Position numbers and translations under genes: made by a program
Assembly (NCBI GenBank): GCA_964016885.1
Contig: OZ024755.1
Location: 36,084,001-36,148,000 of the forward strand
Direction: 5' to 3'
Source of the DNA: Eledone cirrhosa
Lineage: Eukaryota
Length of the DNA: 64,000 nucleotides
Shown here: piece after piece, positions 13,671 to 26,637 of the stretch
Numbering within the stretch: the stretch's first letter is position 1
Layout: each line of letters begins with the position of its first letter
The notes under the pieces: model-generated
The model's input: the letters and a program-made list of their open reading frames with translations, nothing else
Told to the model about the DNA's origin: nothing
Database searches by the model: none

Positions 13671-13990
13671 GGAGGGACATGGATTAGTGATTAGAGCATT
13701 GGGCTTGCAATCGAAAAGTTGTGAGTTCAATTCTCAGGCCGGGTGATGTGTTGTTTCCTTGAGCAAGACACTTTATTTCACATTGCTCCAGTTTACTCAG
13801 CTGTAGAAATGAGATGCAAAGTGGACGCGTAGGCGCCACGGAACAAAAAACACCCAGCACTCACTGTAAATAAGGTTGGTGTTAGGAAGGGCATCCAGCT
13901 GTAGAAATCAAGCCAGAATCAGTTCCTGTCCCACCCTTGCAAGCAAGGAAAAAGCGGACGTAAAATGAAATGAATTGATGAATGAAATGA
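13671..13990 (+). mobile_element. SINE family A with small internal deletion
   Basis: Matches the preceding copy. Confidence 0.9.
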
Positions 13991-13998
13991 TATATATA

Positions 13999-14885
13999 CA
14001 GAGTGTGGACGATATTTGTTCGCAATTTTCAACTGCTAAATATATGCAAATTTTTTTCACTTCCGTTGTCAATCTTGTCTTCATAAAAACAGTGACTATA
14101 TTTCCATTATTTATTTTCAGAATAATTGATTATGAATAATTTTGAACCTCCAAATTTGTGAAAGAGAAACGGACTTCTTCTTGGAATCCGCGCCGGGAGG
14201 ACAAATAAGGACCAGAAGATCAACTCCCAGAACAACAGGTGGCTCGCTGTCTCATCCAAAGACGTGCCCAGAATCATGCAAAGTTTCCAGCGACAACATT
14301 GGTCTTAGGTGTCGTCAGCAGTCAAGGTGACGTCATGCCACCTTACTTCTTCCCTGAGGGCCTCAAGCTGAACACCGATGCCTTCATCCGCATTCTGAGC
14401 GAGGTAGTAAAGCCCTGGATCGACCAGGTAGCTGCAGGTAGGCCGTACGTGTGGCAGCAAGACTCAGCGCCCTGCCATACCAGCCGAAAGACCCAGCCTG
14501 GCTGTCAGAGAACCTCGTCGACCATACTTCACCTGACATCTGGCCTCCCAGCTTGCTTGACTGCAAGCCCCTCGACTTCTTAGTGTGGGGCGCAGTGGAA
14601 CGAGACACCAACAGATCTAGCTGCAATACGAAAGACGACCTGAAGGCCAGGATCACAAGTCCTTTAGGGGCCTAAGTCGGGGGACAGTGAGGAAGGCCTG
14701 TAGCCAGTTCCGAGGCCGCCTTGAGGCTGTCATCAAAGCCAATAGCGGGTTTATCGAGTGAGATCGAAAGAACAAGTCATGAAGACAAACTGACCCAAGT
14801 TTGATAAATATAACTTAAAAAATAAAACTACTGTGTTATTTTTTCCTAGACAGTAATCTTGCAAACAAATATCGTCTGCACCCTG
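13999..14885 (+). mobile_element. Tc1/mariner DD37D (maT) transposon, internally deleted
   Basis: TIRs CAGAGTGTGGACGATATTTGTTCGCAA / TTGCAAACAAATATCGTCTGCACCCTG; TA flanks; WQQDSAPCH...WPPSLLDCKPLDF with 37 residues between the Asp after repairing one frameshift. Confidence 0.9.
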
Positions 14886-14902
14886 TATATATATATATAT
14901 AT

Positions 14903-14947
<45 letters not shown>

Positions 14948-15704
14948 TACATGAATGTATGTATAGTATATTTGGCAATATACCGTATGTTTAATTAAAA
15001 ACATTTTGAAGACCATACGCTATCAGTTTTAAAGTAGTGACTATATCACTCGGAACTACACACATGAAATTACTTGGAGAAAGTCTCCATTATAACCTAT
15101 GGCAGTTTGGTAGTTCTGAGAAGAAAACGTTAATTAATAGCTAATTTACTGAGAGATGACCCAATCAAAACGAGCCAGTTACATTAATCAAACAGAATGA
15201 CTTTCTTTTTTAAAGAATTTTTTAAGAAATAGATTTTCTTTTTTTCATTTCTAATAAATGAGAAATATAAATGAATGTGTGTTATTATGTGTGATAAAAA
15301 ACAAGTAATCGCTTCAATATTTTTCCCATGTTTACTACTGCAATATATGAAGGTGAAATTCTATTCTAAAAACAAATAAATAATAATAAAATGAACACTC
15401 TGAAATATTGGATGAAAGATTTTAAATGACTAGTTTTATGCTTGGATGAATTCCCTGAGAATCTCTCAGTATATGTTATATAAGTTTCCAGAAAATGGAA
15501 ATTTTGAAATTGTTCTATCTTGTGAAAGTTTTCTCTAAGACATCAAAGTGAACATAACATTTTCAACAACACCTTCAGTTGTGAGTAGCTAAATTTAGCC
15601 ATTATAACTTCAGTGTCCACCTATCTGTCAAGGTAAGCAAAACAGAGTTAGCAGTGATAAGTAGGTAAAATAGTTTTACTGTGTTCACTGAAACATAAAC
15701 AACA

Positions 15705-16345
15705 TAGTGTTCACAAGTGATGGAAGGCAGGGGGCTGAATTAAGCGCAAGAATTGCAGGAGCTGGTGCAGTAATGTGCCAGTTGCAGCACTCAGAAGAAG
15801 GGAGGTACGCATAAAAGCCAAACTCACTGTCTTCAATTCGGTATTCCTACCAACCATTCATCAATATTGGGTAATACAAGCAGTGTTCCTCCAGAGGGTC
15901 TTTGGAGTAACGTTACTCAATAAAGTGTGTAGCTTGGAGATCAGAGAGTCACTCCAGGTAGAGCTGCTACTTCCCCAAATTGAGAGATTACAGCTCCGAT
16001 ACTATGGACATGTGGTTAGAATGTCTCAGGAAAGAATCACTGGACAGATTTGTAGCATGGAGATCAGAGAGTCACTCCAGGTAGAGCTGCTACTTCCCCG
16101 AATTGAGAGATTACAGCTCCGATACTATGGGCATGTGGTTAGAATGTATCAGTATAGAATCACTGGACAGATTTTATGGGTAAAAAAACCGGCAGGAGAC
16201 CCAGGTGTAGACCCCGAGCAAGATGGTTGGATAACATCCATACCTTGGCTGGTTTCGCTTGGGGATCCAGCCAGATCAATTGGAGATGGTTGCATCTGAC
16301 AGGACCCATTGGAAGAGTGTTTGAGGAATCTGATCCCGTGACTCT
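15705..16345 (+). mobile_element. RTE LINE 3' fragment with 123-bp internal duplication
   Basis: IERLQLRYYGHVVRM twice; GRRPRCRPRARWLDNI; related to 41210-41750. Confidence 0.85.
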
Positions 16346-16641
16346 CTCAGGAATAAGTGGGCGAAGTCCTTACTCTTTACTCTTTTCCCTCCTTTTCCTC
16401 TCATTTATGGTATTTATAGTCCCGTCCTCTACTTTCCCACACAGCCAGATCTGCCATTCTTTACCCCTTCCCTCTTTTTTTCATTATTTAATTTTGTTTG
16501 TCTCTTTTTTATATTTTCATCATTGTATAACTTTTATTCAATAAATTATATAATTTAAAAAAAAATGTTAATGAATACAAAATGGAAAATAAATTAAGAT
16601 TTTAAAATGAAACAAAGATATTAAGAAAATAATTAACATAC

Positions 16642-17202
16642 CTGCACATGGTTCTTTGATGTGAGAGGTGTCATAAAAGTTTGAAGCTTGTCCCAAGTAA
16701 ATGGAAATGAAGTATTTGTATCTTCAATATTTGAATTGGAGGAAAACATTCTTGATTTACAAGTGTTAAAAGAATTACAGGAAAAACTTCTTGATACACA
16801 TGTTTTAAAAGAATCTGATGAATGTACTTCATCTGAATTTCTGGGAAGAGATGTGTCTGATGAAACAGAATTTAGACTTGTGGGGTCAAGGGAAGTCCAA
16901 CTATGGTGATGAAATATTAATGGAGATTCATTGAACTGTAATTTTTTCTTCAGCCTCTGACCAACATCATTGCATGCTTCTTTTGTTTTACTTTCCCCAA
17001 GGAATGATTCCATGCTAACAGTACGTTCAGGTGAATTTCCATATTTAGGCCTTTTCACGTTCACTGAATCACTGAAAGGGGAAAAGCATTCCAACTGTTG
17101 GGTGAGGTTAGTCTTGCTTTTTATGGAATCTTCTCTGTTCTGGATGAGTTTAAAATCCTTTCTCAGTCTGCTTTGGAAACTATTATAGTTTTTATATTTT
17201 CT
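16642..17202 (-). CDS. Internal coding exon (187 codons, phase 0/0) of an unidentified Ser-rich, probably disordered protein
   Basis: Unique open frame RKYKNY...SKNHVQ; acceptor TTTCTTCTTATACACAG| and donor CAG|GTATGT; 561 bp. Confidence 0.8.
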
Positions 17203-17322
17203 CTGTGTATAAGAAGAAACAAAAAATAAAATGAAATCACAGAAGGAAACAAAGTATTTAGTATTCTTAATCTTTAGCATGCTAGTAATATTTTTTAATT
17301 GTCTCCCCTTGGACTGCATTTG

Positions 17323-17520
17323 GCGGAGAGGTGGCAGTAGTATCAGTAGAGCATCAGACACCATACTTTGCAGCATAGAGTTACAGGCCTTTATGATCTG
17401 ATTTCAAATCCCGCTGAGGTTAGCTTTGCTTTTCATCCTTACGGGGTCGATGAAATAATATACCAGTAATGCACTGAAGTCGATATAATCGACCCCCCCC
17501 CCCATAGTAGAAATCATTAT
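17323..17520 (+). mobile_element. SINE family B
   Basis: TGGCAGTAG...TTCAAATCCC...CTTTTCATCCTTACGGGGTCGAT core. Confidence 0.8.
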
Positions 17521-17828
17521 TTTGGGGGTAGCAAAAAATGTAAGCACCCTCAGTTTTAAAATGATTATAACTTTTTTTGTATTTTGTGTAGAGACTTGAT
17601 ATTTTTCTTTGTTAATAAAGGGATGCATGAGCAATATGTTGACATAATGCATTAGGTTCTACATGTATCTGTAATATTGTAAAACAAATTAAAACAAACC
17701 CACAAACACAAAACAATAGCAAGGATGAGAGTAGCTACTCAGTACATTGCTTTCCAGAGCATTGCTGCCATCACTGTCACCACTATAATATTCTACTACT
17801 TCATCATCAATAGTGGCTTGCATGAATC

Positions 17829-18164
17829 CTAAAATTCATCATCCAAATCAGAATCCATAAAGATTTCCTCCACAAAATTTTCTTTCACAGTGGTCACCAT
17901 TTTCAAAAATCCAAACAACCTTCTCCTCCATCTACAACTGTTTACACACACGTTGAATGAAGAAAAATTTAAAATGGCGTTGGAAAACGAAAGTTTAGCC
18001 TCGTTCTGAATCAAAAGTATGCTGTTACCAGTTTAAAATACCAGAAATAACCTTTGACATAGTATTTTTTGACAAGGGTTTCCAAGGCAATAAAATGCAC
18101 CTGCAGCTATAGGTGGAGATTACTCTGTGGTGCCTGAAGTTGCCAATGGCATGCTAAAGGTTAA
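17829..18164 (-). mobile_element. Possible piggyBac-like left-end relic
   Basis: TTAACCTTTAGC terminus plus a short acidic peptide EEIFMDSDLDDEF resembling piggyBac transposase N-termini. Confidence 0.3.
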
Positions 18165-18217
18165 ATGATGTATCCACATAACACAACAACTGTTTTAACC
18201 CTTTAACATTTAAACTG

Positions 18218-18785
18218 GATGAAAGGCAAAGTTAACCTCGGCGGGATTTGAACTCAAATCATAGAGGGCTGTAACTATGCTGCAAAGCATGGCGTCAGAT
18301 CCTCTACCGATACTGCCAATCCGCTGCCCTAATGATAATAATAATAATAATTGTTTCTACTTTTTAATAATAATAATAATGAGTTTTCAAAGCACTAGGT
18401 ACTATCTCAAAGAGTTTTCAAGGATGGTTAAAGAACATTTGTCCTGCCTCCTTTTTTGGAACAAGTCAAAAGGCATGCTTGCTGGTAACAGCAAGAACCC
18501 TCCAATACGTCCTGAATATCTGAGGCTGCAGGTAGCGACTTGATGTTCATTTGAACAAACTTTCCAGTTAAATAACATCAATGACTGAGACTCAAAGAAT
18601 AGCAATAATTGGTTTTACTTTTGGCACAAGGCCAGCAATTATCCAGTACATTACTGGTACTTTATTTCATCGCCCCGTAAGGATGAAAGGCAAAGTTAAC
18701 CTCGGTGGGATTTGAACCGAGAGCGTAAAGGGCCACAACTCTATGTTGCAAAGCATGGCCTCCGACCCTCTACCGATACTGCCAA
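18218..18785 (-). mobile_element. Two SINE family B copies (18218-18330 partial; 18606-18785)
   Basis: GGATGAAAGGCAAAGTTAACCTCGG..GGATTTGAAC...CTCTACCGATACTGCCA. Confidence 0.85.
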
Positions 18786-19039
18786 TAATAATAATGTTAT
18801 TATTATTCTGATATAATAATGAAACTATTCTAAAATAACCATTGTGGAACTACAAAAATATTTAATGAAGAATAATGGAAAGTAAAAAAAAACATCAAGA
18901 AAAAAAAAAAATTGCTTTCTGTCTTCAAAGAAGCCAACAAATTCAAAAGAGAAGCAGAACTGACAGATAATTATGAGGAAAATAACACAGAAGAGACAAC
19001 AAAAAAAAAACAAGAGAAACTGAGAAAATAATAAAATAA

Positions 19040-20003
19040 TAAAATCCAAATTGAAAACAGATCTTTAGAATGCTATACTAAAAAGATGGCAACAAAAAAA
19101 TCCTACATGGCCAATGGCCGAAAAAACTGAAGCAGAATTCATAAAACTAGTTAAACACTTGTCTAAAAGCTGACACTAAAGTATTTCTAATTGTAGCAGA
19201 AGATCAAAGCCTCCCTACCAGAAACCACCAAAAGGACATAATGAAGGAGAAGACATTAACTGCAGAATATGTAGAGATGGGAAAGAAACAACAACACTGT
19301 TTCTGGCTATCTTTGGCCAAAAAAGAATATATCCATAGACATGATAGAGTTGGAACTTACATAGACTAGATGTTATGCCAACACTACAAACATACACTGG
19401 AAGTTATGCCAACACTACAAAATACCAACAGAAAACAGACAGACAGAAGACAGACAGACAGACAGAAGACAGACAGAAGACAGACGGACACATCAGAAAA
19501 GGTGTCAGAGAATGGCAAATTAACCATATTCTGGGATATGCCAATACTCACAGACAGGGAGATCAAAGCCAGCTGATTACAGTGAAAGACTACAAAGAAG
19601 AAAAATAAAATGTCTTCTAATTGATGTATCAATGCCCACAGCCTATAATATATCTATGAAGGAAATGGAGAAATTATCCCAATATAAAGATCTAGAGATA
19701 GAAATAACCTGAATGTGGATGATGAAAACAAAAACAACCTTTATAATAACAGGTGCTCTAGGAATGATAGACACAAAGAGAGAGAGAGAGAGACAGAGAG
19801 AGAGGCAGACAGACAAGCAGGTACATAACCAAAACCCAAGACTTACAGATGTATAGAGGAAAATAATACTAATAGACACTGCACAGATATTACAAAGAGT
19901 TCTTTCAATGCAATAGAAATAACAACACCAAAAACAGTACTGCACATACCCAAGGTGCATAAAGCTGAGCTCGGTAATGTAGTGATGACAGGCAATAATA
20001 ATA
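19040..20003 (+). mobile_element. Degenerate R4/Dong-like (RLE) non-LTR retrotransposon 3' part
   Basis: Frameshifted LHGQW, EDQSLPTRN, CRIC, KEYIHRHDRVG, TIFWDMPILTDREIKA, KYKDLEIEI-like, GALGMI; ends in (AAT)n. Confidence 0.8.
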
Positions 20004-20004
20004 A

Positions 20005-21070
20005 TCATCATCATCACCATTTAACGTTCATTTTTCCATGCTAGCATGGGTTAGATAGGTTGTCCTGTTGTGGGCAATGACAGGTTGGGTGACCTTGTCT
20101 TGCTCATACGGGAACTGATTCTGGCTTGATTTCTACAGCGGGATGCCCTTCCTAAAACCAACCTCATTTACAGTAAGTGCTGGGTACTTTTTTACCGTGG
20201 CACCTACACAACCACTTTACAGTGTGGGCTGGGTACTTTTTTACTATGGCACCTACACGACCACTTTACAATGTGGACTGGGTGCTTTTTTACTATGGCA
20301 CCTACACGACTACTTTACAATGTGGACTGGGTGCTTTTTTACTATGGCACCTACACGACCACTTTACAGTGTGGACTGGGTACTTTTTTACTATGGCACC
20401 TACACAACCACTTTACAGTGTGGACTGGGTACTTTTTTACCGTGGCTCCTACACAACCACTTTACAGTGTGGACTGGGTACTTTTTTACCGTGGCTCCTA
20501 CACAACCACTTTACAGTGTGGACTGGGTACTTTTTTACCGTGGCTCCTACACGACCACTTTACAGTGTGGTCTGGGTACTTTTTTACCGTGGCGCCTTCA
20601 CAACCACTTTACAGTGTGGACTGGGTACTTTTTTACCGTGGCGCCTTCACAACCACTTTACAATGTGGACTGGGTGCTTTTTTACTATGGCACCTTCACA
20701 ACCACTTTACAGTGTGGTCTGAGTACTTTTTTACCATGGTTCCTACACAACCACTTTACAGTGTGGACTGGGTGCTTTTTACTATGGCACCTACACAACC
20801 ACTTTACAATGTGGACTGGGTGCTTTTTTACCGTGGCGCCTACACGACCACTTTACAATGTGGACTGGGTGCTTTTTTACCGTGGCGCCTACACGACTAC
20901 TTTACAGTGTGGACTGGGTGCTTTTTTACCGTGGCGCCTACACGACTACTTTACAGTGTGGACTGGGTGCTTTTTTACCGTGGCGCCTACACGACTACTT
21001 TACAGTGTGGACTGGGTACTTTTTTACCATGGCGCCTTCACAACCACTTTACAGTGTGAGACATGACCAC
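20005..21070 (-). repeat. Retroposon family C with expanded 49-bp internal minisatellite (~18 units)
   Basis: Tail 20005-20160, then unit ACCACTTTACAGTGTGGACTGGGTACTTTTTTACCGTGGCNCCTACACA. Confidence 0.92.
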
Positions 21071-21730
21071 TTTATAGAAAATAGTGAGTTATTTGAAGGC
21101 TACAACAATGCAAAAGGTATGGTAAATTTCAAAAAGATTGAAGGCAAGGAAGATATTTGTGTATTTATTGGTCCTTATATTTTGAGTTTAAAAGCCCTTC
21201 ATCTGAAATTTACCATCCAGTTTGCATTATTATAGCCTTCGAATAACACACTGCTTACAGTAGTGTGTAATATCGAAAGTCAACTGCAACACCCTCTTAC
21301 AAATATATCTATCAGCCTAACCTGCACACATTTGTGTACATCGGGTAGCAGTTCTCTTTCAGTGTTGTCAATCAGATATGTACTTAACTCTTTAGCATTT
21401 AAATTATATTTACTAATGGATTTTCAAGATAAACACTTTATTTCACACAATATCAAATCTATGAGTTTTTGATATTATTATCTATTTTGAGAACAATATC
21501 TTAACATAAGTATGAGTGGCCAGTTAGGGCCAGTTTTAACAGAAAGAGGTGAGAGAATTCTGGCCCCAGATATGGTCTTTCTTGTCTCTCATTAGTGTCC
21601 CCCTACACTGTTCTTGTATACCAGAGATCTAGCAATCACAGAGTGTGACTAACCAGTCACATTTCTTGGGGGGGGGGGGGGGGGGGGGGGTACCTGAAAA
21701 TGTTCTAAAAACCAACAACAATAATAACAA

Positions 21731-21910
21731 TAATTGTTTCTACTTTTGGCACAAGGCCAGCAATAATTCCAGCGCATTACTGGTACTTTATTTTATCGAC
21801 CCCGTAAGGATGAAAGGCAAAGTTTAAGCTCAGCAAGATTTGAACTCAGAATGTAAGGGTCCTTAACTCAATGCCATGAAGCATGGTGTCCGACGCTCTG
21901 CCGATACTAC
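21731..21910 (-). mobile_element. SINE family B
   Basis: Matches family consensus. Confidence 0.85.
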
Positions 21911-22249
21911 CTAATAATAATGAAAAATAAATTCTAAAGTGTCTATTTATATCTTTTGCCCAGACACTGATTCATTAACAGTAGGGTATACCACAATAAT
22001 AATATCAAACATATCAACAGATAGCTGATATCTATATACTACTAAAACTCTGTGATTGTATGCTTGTCTGTAATTTAATACAGCCAAAACTGTGCATAAT
22101 GAGAAAATACTTTGAAAGGAAGTTGTCCCTGAAATGGGAATACAAATGGAATAAGACAAGTTTCACATAAATCGGAGCATGGGTGCCCGAGATATGGGGT
22201 TTTCTGGATACCTTCATAAATAGCCAAAAGCTCCGTGATAACCAATAAC

Positions 22250-22608
22250 ACACTCTCTCTCTATATATATATATATCATAACCCTCTCTCTATATATATA
22301 ACCCCTTCTCTATATATATATCATAACCCTCTCTATATATATTATAACCCTCTCTCTCTTTCTATATATCATAACCCTCTCTATATATATTAAAACCCTC
22401 TCTCTCTTTCTATATATTATAACCCTCTCTCTATATATATTATAACCCTCTCTATATATATATTACAACCCTCTCCCTCTCTCTATATATATTATAACCC
22501 TCTCTATATATATTATAACCCTCTCTCTCTTTCTATATATTATAACCCTCTCTCTTTCTATATATTATAACCCTCTCTCTATATATATTATAACCCTCTC
22601 TATATATA
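22250..22608. repeat. TATAACC(CT)n(AT)n compound minisatellite
   Basis: Direct observation. Confidence 0.92.
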
Positions 22609-22609
22609 T

Positions 22610-22944
22610 CCTTGATAGCACTTACACTCCCCTGCTTCAACATAGTCAGAACATAACATGGTGACATCTGACATTGAGAGAAATATATGTCGGCCTCTCA
22701 CGCATATCTGTTGTACGTAAAAGGAGAACAAGATTTGCTGGCCACTGCCATCATGCCACCTCTGAGGCTGTGTCCCCATTAGTGCTTTGGAAACCACAAG
22801 CAGTCACTAATAACAGGGGGCACAAGCTCTCCTACCCCAATGTCATCTCCAGAGATTCTGGTATTGAAATCCAGGACTTGACAACGGCAATGAACAACTG
22901 ACTCACGTGGAGATCAATTGTTGAGTTTATTTCGGCTGAGGATG

Positions 22945-22975
<31 letters not shown>
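22610..22975 (+). mobile_element. RTE LINE 3' fragment
   Basis: EIYVGL, RRTRFAGHCHH, LVLWKP; (GAT)n tail. Confidence 0.8.
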
Positions 22976-23389
22976 TATATATTACTAGACCACCCATGAC
23001 CTATTGGGTCACATGTGGTCTAGTTTATAAATACAATTCTAGCAACTACAATGTATAAATGTAGTGTAAGTTGGAATCAAAAAAATATTCAAAATTTAAA
23101 TCTAGTGTCAACTAAAAAATGAGGAAAAATGAAGAATAATAAAAACAATTTAGTAAATAAATATCAAAGTAAACCAATAAAAATAAAATATAACTAATCC
23201 TTTAAAAAGTATATAGAGAACTTTTAAGGAGCAATCTCTTATGTACAGGTGAAAATAAATAAGTGCAAGACTAATTGCATCTAGCTTGTTCCAAAATGTG
23301 AATTACATTTATTACAGAATTTAGAAACCTCAACATGTATTCTAACCCATTAGCACATTAGTTTGAGATATCCGTTTTTCTACATTATA

Positions 23390-23840
23390 CCATATATATG
23401 CTTACCTGTATATATATTTATCTGTATATATATTTACCGGTATATATATTTACTGGTATATATGTTTACCTGTATATATGTTTATCTGTATATATATTTA
23501 TCTGTATATATATTTACCGGTATATATATTTACTGGTATATATGTTTACCTGTATATATGTTTACCTGTATATATATTTACCTGTATATATATTTACCTG
23601 TATATATATTTACCGGTATATATATTTACCTGTATATATATATTTACCTGTGTATATATTTACCTGTATATATATGTTTACCTGTATATATATTTACCGG
23701 TATATATATATTTACCTGTATATATGTTTACCTGTATATATGTTTACCTGTATATATGTTTACCTGTGTATATGTTTACCTGTGTATATGTTTACCTGTA
23801 TATATGTTTACCTGTGTATATATTTACCTGTATATATGTT
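23390..23840. repeat. ~18-20-bp TTTACCTG(TA)n minisatellite
   Basis: Direct observation. Confidence 0.95.
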
Positions 23841-25310
23841 AACATATTGATGTATGCATGTGTGTGCCTGTGTGTCAACAATATTAATGTATGCGCGTGT
23901 GTGTGTGTATATGTGTTAACAATATTAATGTATGTATGTGTATGTGTGTGTGCGTGTATATGTGTGTGTGTGTGTTAACAATATTAATGTATACATGTGT
24001 GTGTATGTCTGTACACATGTGTGTGTGTGTGTGTGTGTTAACAATATTAATGTATGTGTGTGTGTGTGTGAGTGTGTTAACAATATTAATGTATGTGTGT
24101 GTTAACAATATTAATGTGTGTGTGTGTGAGTGTCATCATCATCATCATCATCAGGTTTAGCGTCCGTGTTCCACGCTTGCATGGGTTTGGACGGGGGTTT
24201 TCCCACTTGAGGCAAGAGTGGTTGTCTTGCTCGCATAGGACTGTCTGGCGGGTTTTCTACAGTTGGATGCCCTTCCTAACACCAACCACATTTACAGTGT
24301 GGGGCTGGGAGGTTTTTACCGTGTTGCCTACACGGCCACATTACAGCGTGGACTGTCTGGCGGGTTTTCTACAGCTGGATGCCCTTCCTAACACCAACCA
24401 CATTTACAGTGTGGGGCTGGGAGGTTTTTACCGTGTTGCCTACACGGCCACATTACAGCGTGGACTGTCTGGCGGGTTTTCTACAGTTGGATGCCCTTCC
24501 TAACACCAACCACATTTACAGTGTGGGGCTGGGAGGTTTTTACTGTGTTGCCTACACGGCCACATTTACAGCGTGGACTGTGTGTTTTTTGTCGTGACAC
24601 CTACACGATTTCATTTGTTTCGGCCTGGATGTTGTGGGACCAACATAACTTTACATTGAAAGGGGCGGTGTGGGTGGGGTGGAGGTGGTGGGACGGGGGT
24701 GTGTTTTGATAGAGATGCCTACTGACTGTAGTAGGTTTTTACTTTGTATTTAGGTAAGGCGGGTCTTCTCTATTACTGAGTACCGCCTGTTAACAATATT
24801 AATGTATGTGTGTGTGTGTGTTAACAATATTAATGTATGTGTGTGTGTGTTAACAATATTAATGTATGTGTGTGTGTATATGTGTTAACAATATTAATGT
24901 ATGTATGTGTATCTGTGTGTGTGTGTGTTAACAATATTAATGTATGTATGTGTGTGCATGTGTGTTAACAATATTAATGTATGTGTGTATGTCTGTACAC
25001 GTGTGTGTGTGTAACAATATTAATGTATGTGAGTGTGTGTGTTAACAATATTAATGTATGTGTGTGTGTATGTCTGTACACACGTGTGTGTGTGTGTGTG
25101 TGTAACAATATTAATGTATGTATATGTGTATGTCTGTACACGTGTGTGTGTGTGACAATATTAATGTATGTATGTGTGTGTGTGTGTGTGTTAACAATAT
25201 TAATGTATGTGTGTGTGTATGTCTGTACACGTCTGTGTGTGTGTGTGTGTGTGTGTGTAACAATATTAATGTATGTATATGTGTATATCTGTACACACGT
25301 GTGTGTATAT
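23841..25310. repeat. Array of constant TAACAATATTAATGTATG motifs with variable (TG)n spacers, split by a retroposon
   Basis: About 19 motif copies. Confidence 0.9.
24133..24787 (-). mobile_element. Retroposon family C, three internal 112-bp units
   Basis: Units start 24238, 24350, 24462; (CAT)n tail; 5' region similar to 52040-52200. Confidence 0.88.
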
Positions 25311-25733
25311 ACATTTTTTTTTTCTATATTTTCAATGAACAATACAGTAAATGATTGCAATGTTAAAAATTTAAATTGTTTCAAACTAAAGCTGAGAAAT
25401 ATAACAATTCTTCAATGTATGAAACCATTTAAGCTCAGTGTTTAATTTAAGTGGCATTGAAATGGATTCTGTGTACTTAAATATGAACTAAAAGCTTTCT
25501 ACTGTGCTGAGTTCACCAAAGAATGAATATAAAAAACCATTTATCAAGATACCATCATATAATATTGTCAAAAGCAGCAAGTAAAATTTACTCTAGAGTC
25601 TATCAATAGATGGTACCTATAGATTTAAAATAATGCTATTGAAGAGATAGCATTTTAAAAAAAACTTATCATCATCATCACTAACAATGTCCACTCACAA
25701 TTTTTGTCATTCATAACGTATGTTGCCTTTGTT

Positions 25734-25915
25734 CTGTAAGAGGTTCAATCCAACAGAGTGACACTGTAAGAGGTTCAATCCAACAGAGTGACAGTGTAAG
25801 AGGTTCAATCCAACAGAGTGACAGTGTAAGAGGTTCAATCCAACAGAGTGACACTGTAAGAGGTTCAATCCAACAGAGTGACACTGTAAGAGGTTCAATC
25901 CAACAGAGTGACACT
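25734..25915. repeat. 30-bp tandem repeat x6
   Basis: CTGTAAGAGGTTCAATCCAACAGAGTGACA. Confidence 0.97.
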
Positions 25916-25992
25916 AAATTTTACACCAATGGAGTAGCTGCTATCAGCAAGAGAGAAACTTAGATTAAGCCAAAACATTATTTTACTGACAT

Positions 25993-26466
25993 GGGCGGTG
26001 AATTGGCAGTCTGAGTTCAAATCCCGCCGAGGTTAACTTTGCCTTTCATCCTTACGGGGGTTAATAAAATAAAGTACCAGTAATGTACTGGGATAATTGC
26101 TGGCCTTGTGCCAATAGTAGAAACAATTATTTTACTGACATAATAATGGTTTCTACTTTTGGCACAAGGCCAGCAAGTATCCCAGCGTATTACTGGTACT
26201 TTATTTTATCGACCCCGTAAGGATGAAAGGCAAAGTTAACCTCGGCGGGATTTGAACTCAGATCATAAAGGGCAGCTACTCTATGCTGCAAAGCATGGTG
26301 TCCAACCCTCTACCGATACTGCCAATCCCCTACTTTGGGCACAAGGCCAACAATTACCCCAGTACATTACTGGTACTTTATTTTATCAACCCCGTAAGGA
26401 TGAAAGGCAAAGATAACCTCAGTGGGATATGAATTCAGAATGTAAAAAGTCATAACTCTATGCTGT
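25993..26466. mobile_element. Cluster of three SINE family B copies (+,-,-)
   Basis: 25993-26125 plus; ~26143-26330 and ~26330-26466 minus; target TTTTACTGACAT present three times. Confidence 0.88.
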
Positions 26467-26637
26467 GAGTTTTTTACTGACATAATAATGTTATATTGTA
26501 AATGTAATTGTACCTTTTTAAAGTTTACATTTTTCTTTTCCAATCAAATATATGCGAGATGATTCTTCCAGAGTATATATTTGCCCAAAAATGTTTAGGG
26601 CATTTGTTTTCCTAAAACAAAACACTTAACTGTAAGA

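Noticed and set aside
23841-25310. CRISPR-like repeat-spacer appearance
   Set aside because: Spacers are (TG)n microsatellite, there are no cas genes, and the context is eukaryotic
26514-26611. Possible minus-strand exon with good acceptor
   Set aside because: Stop codons in all three frames
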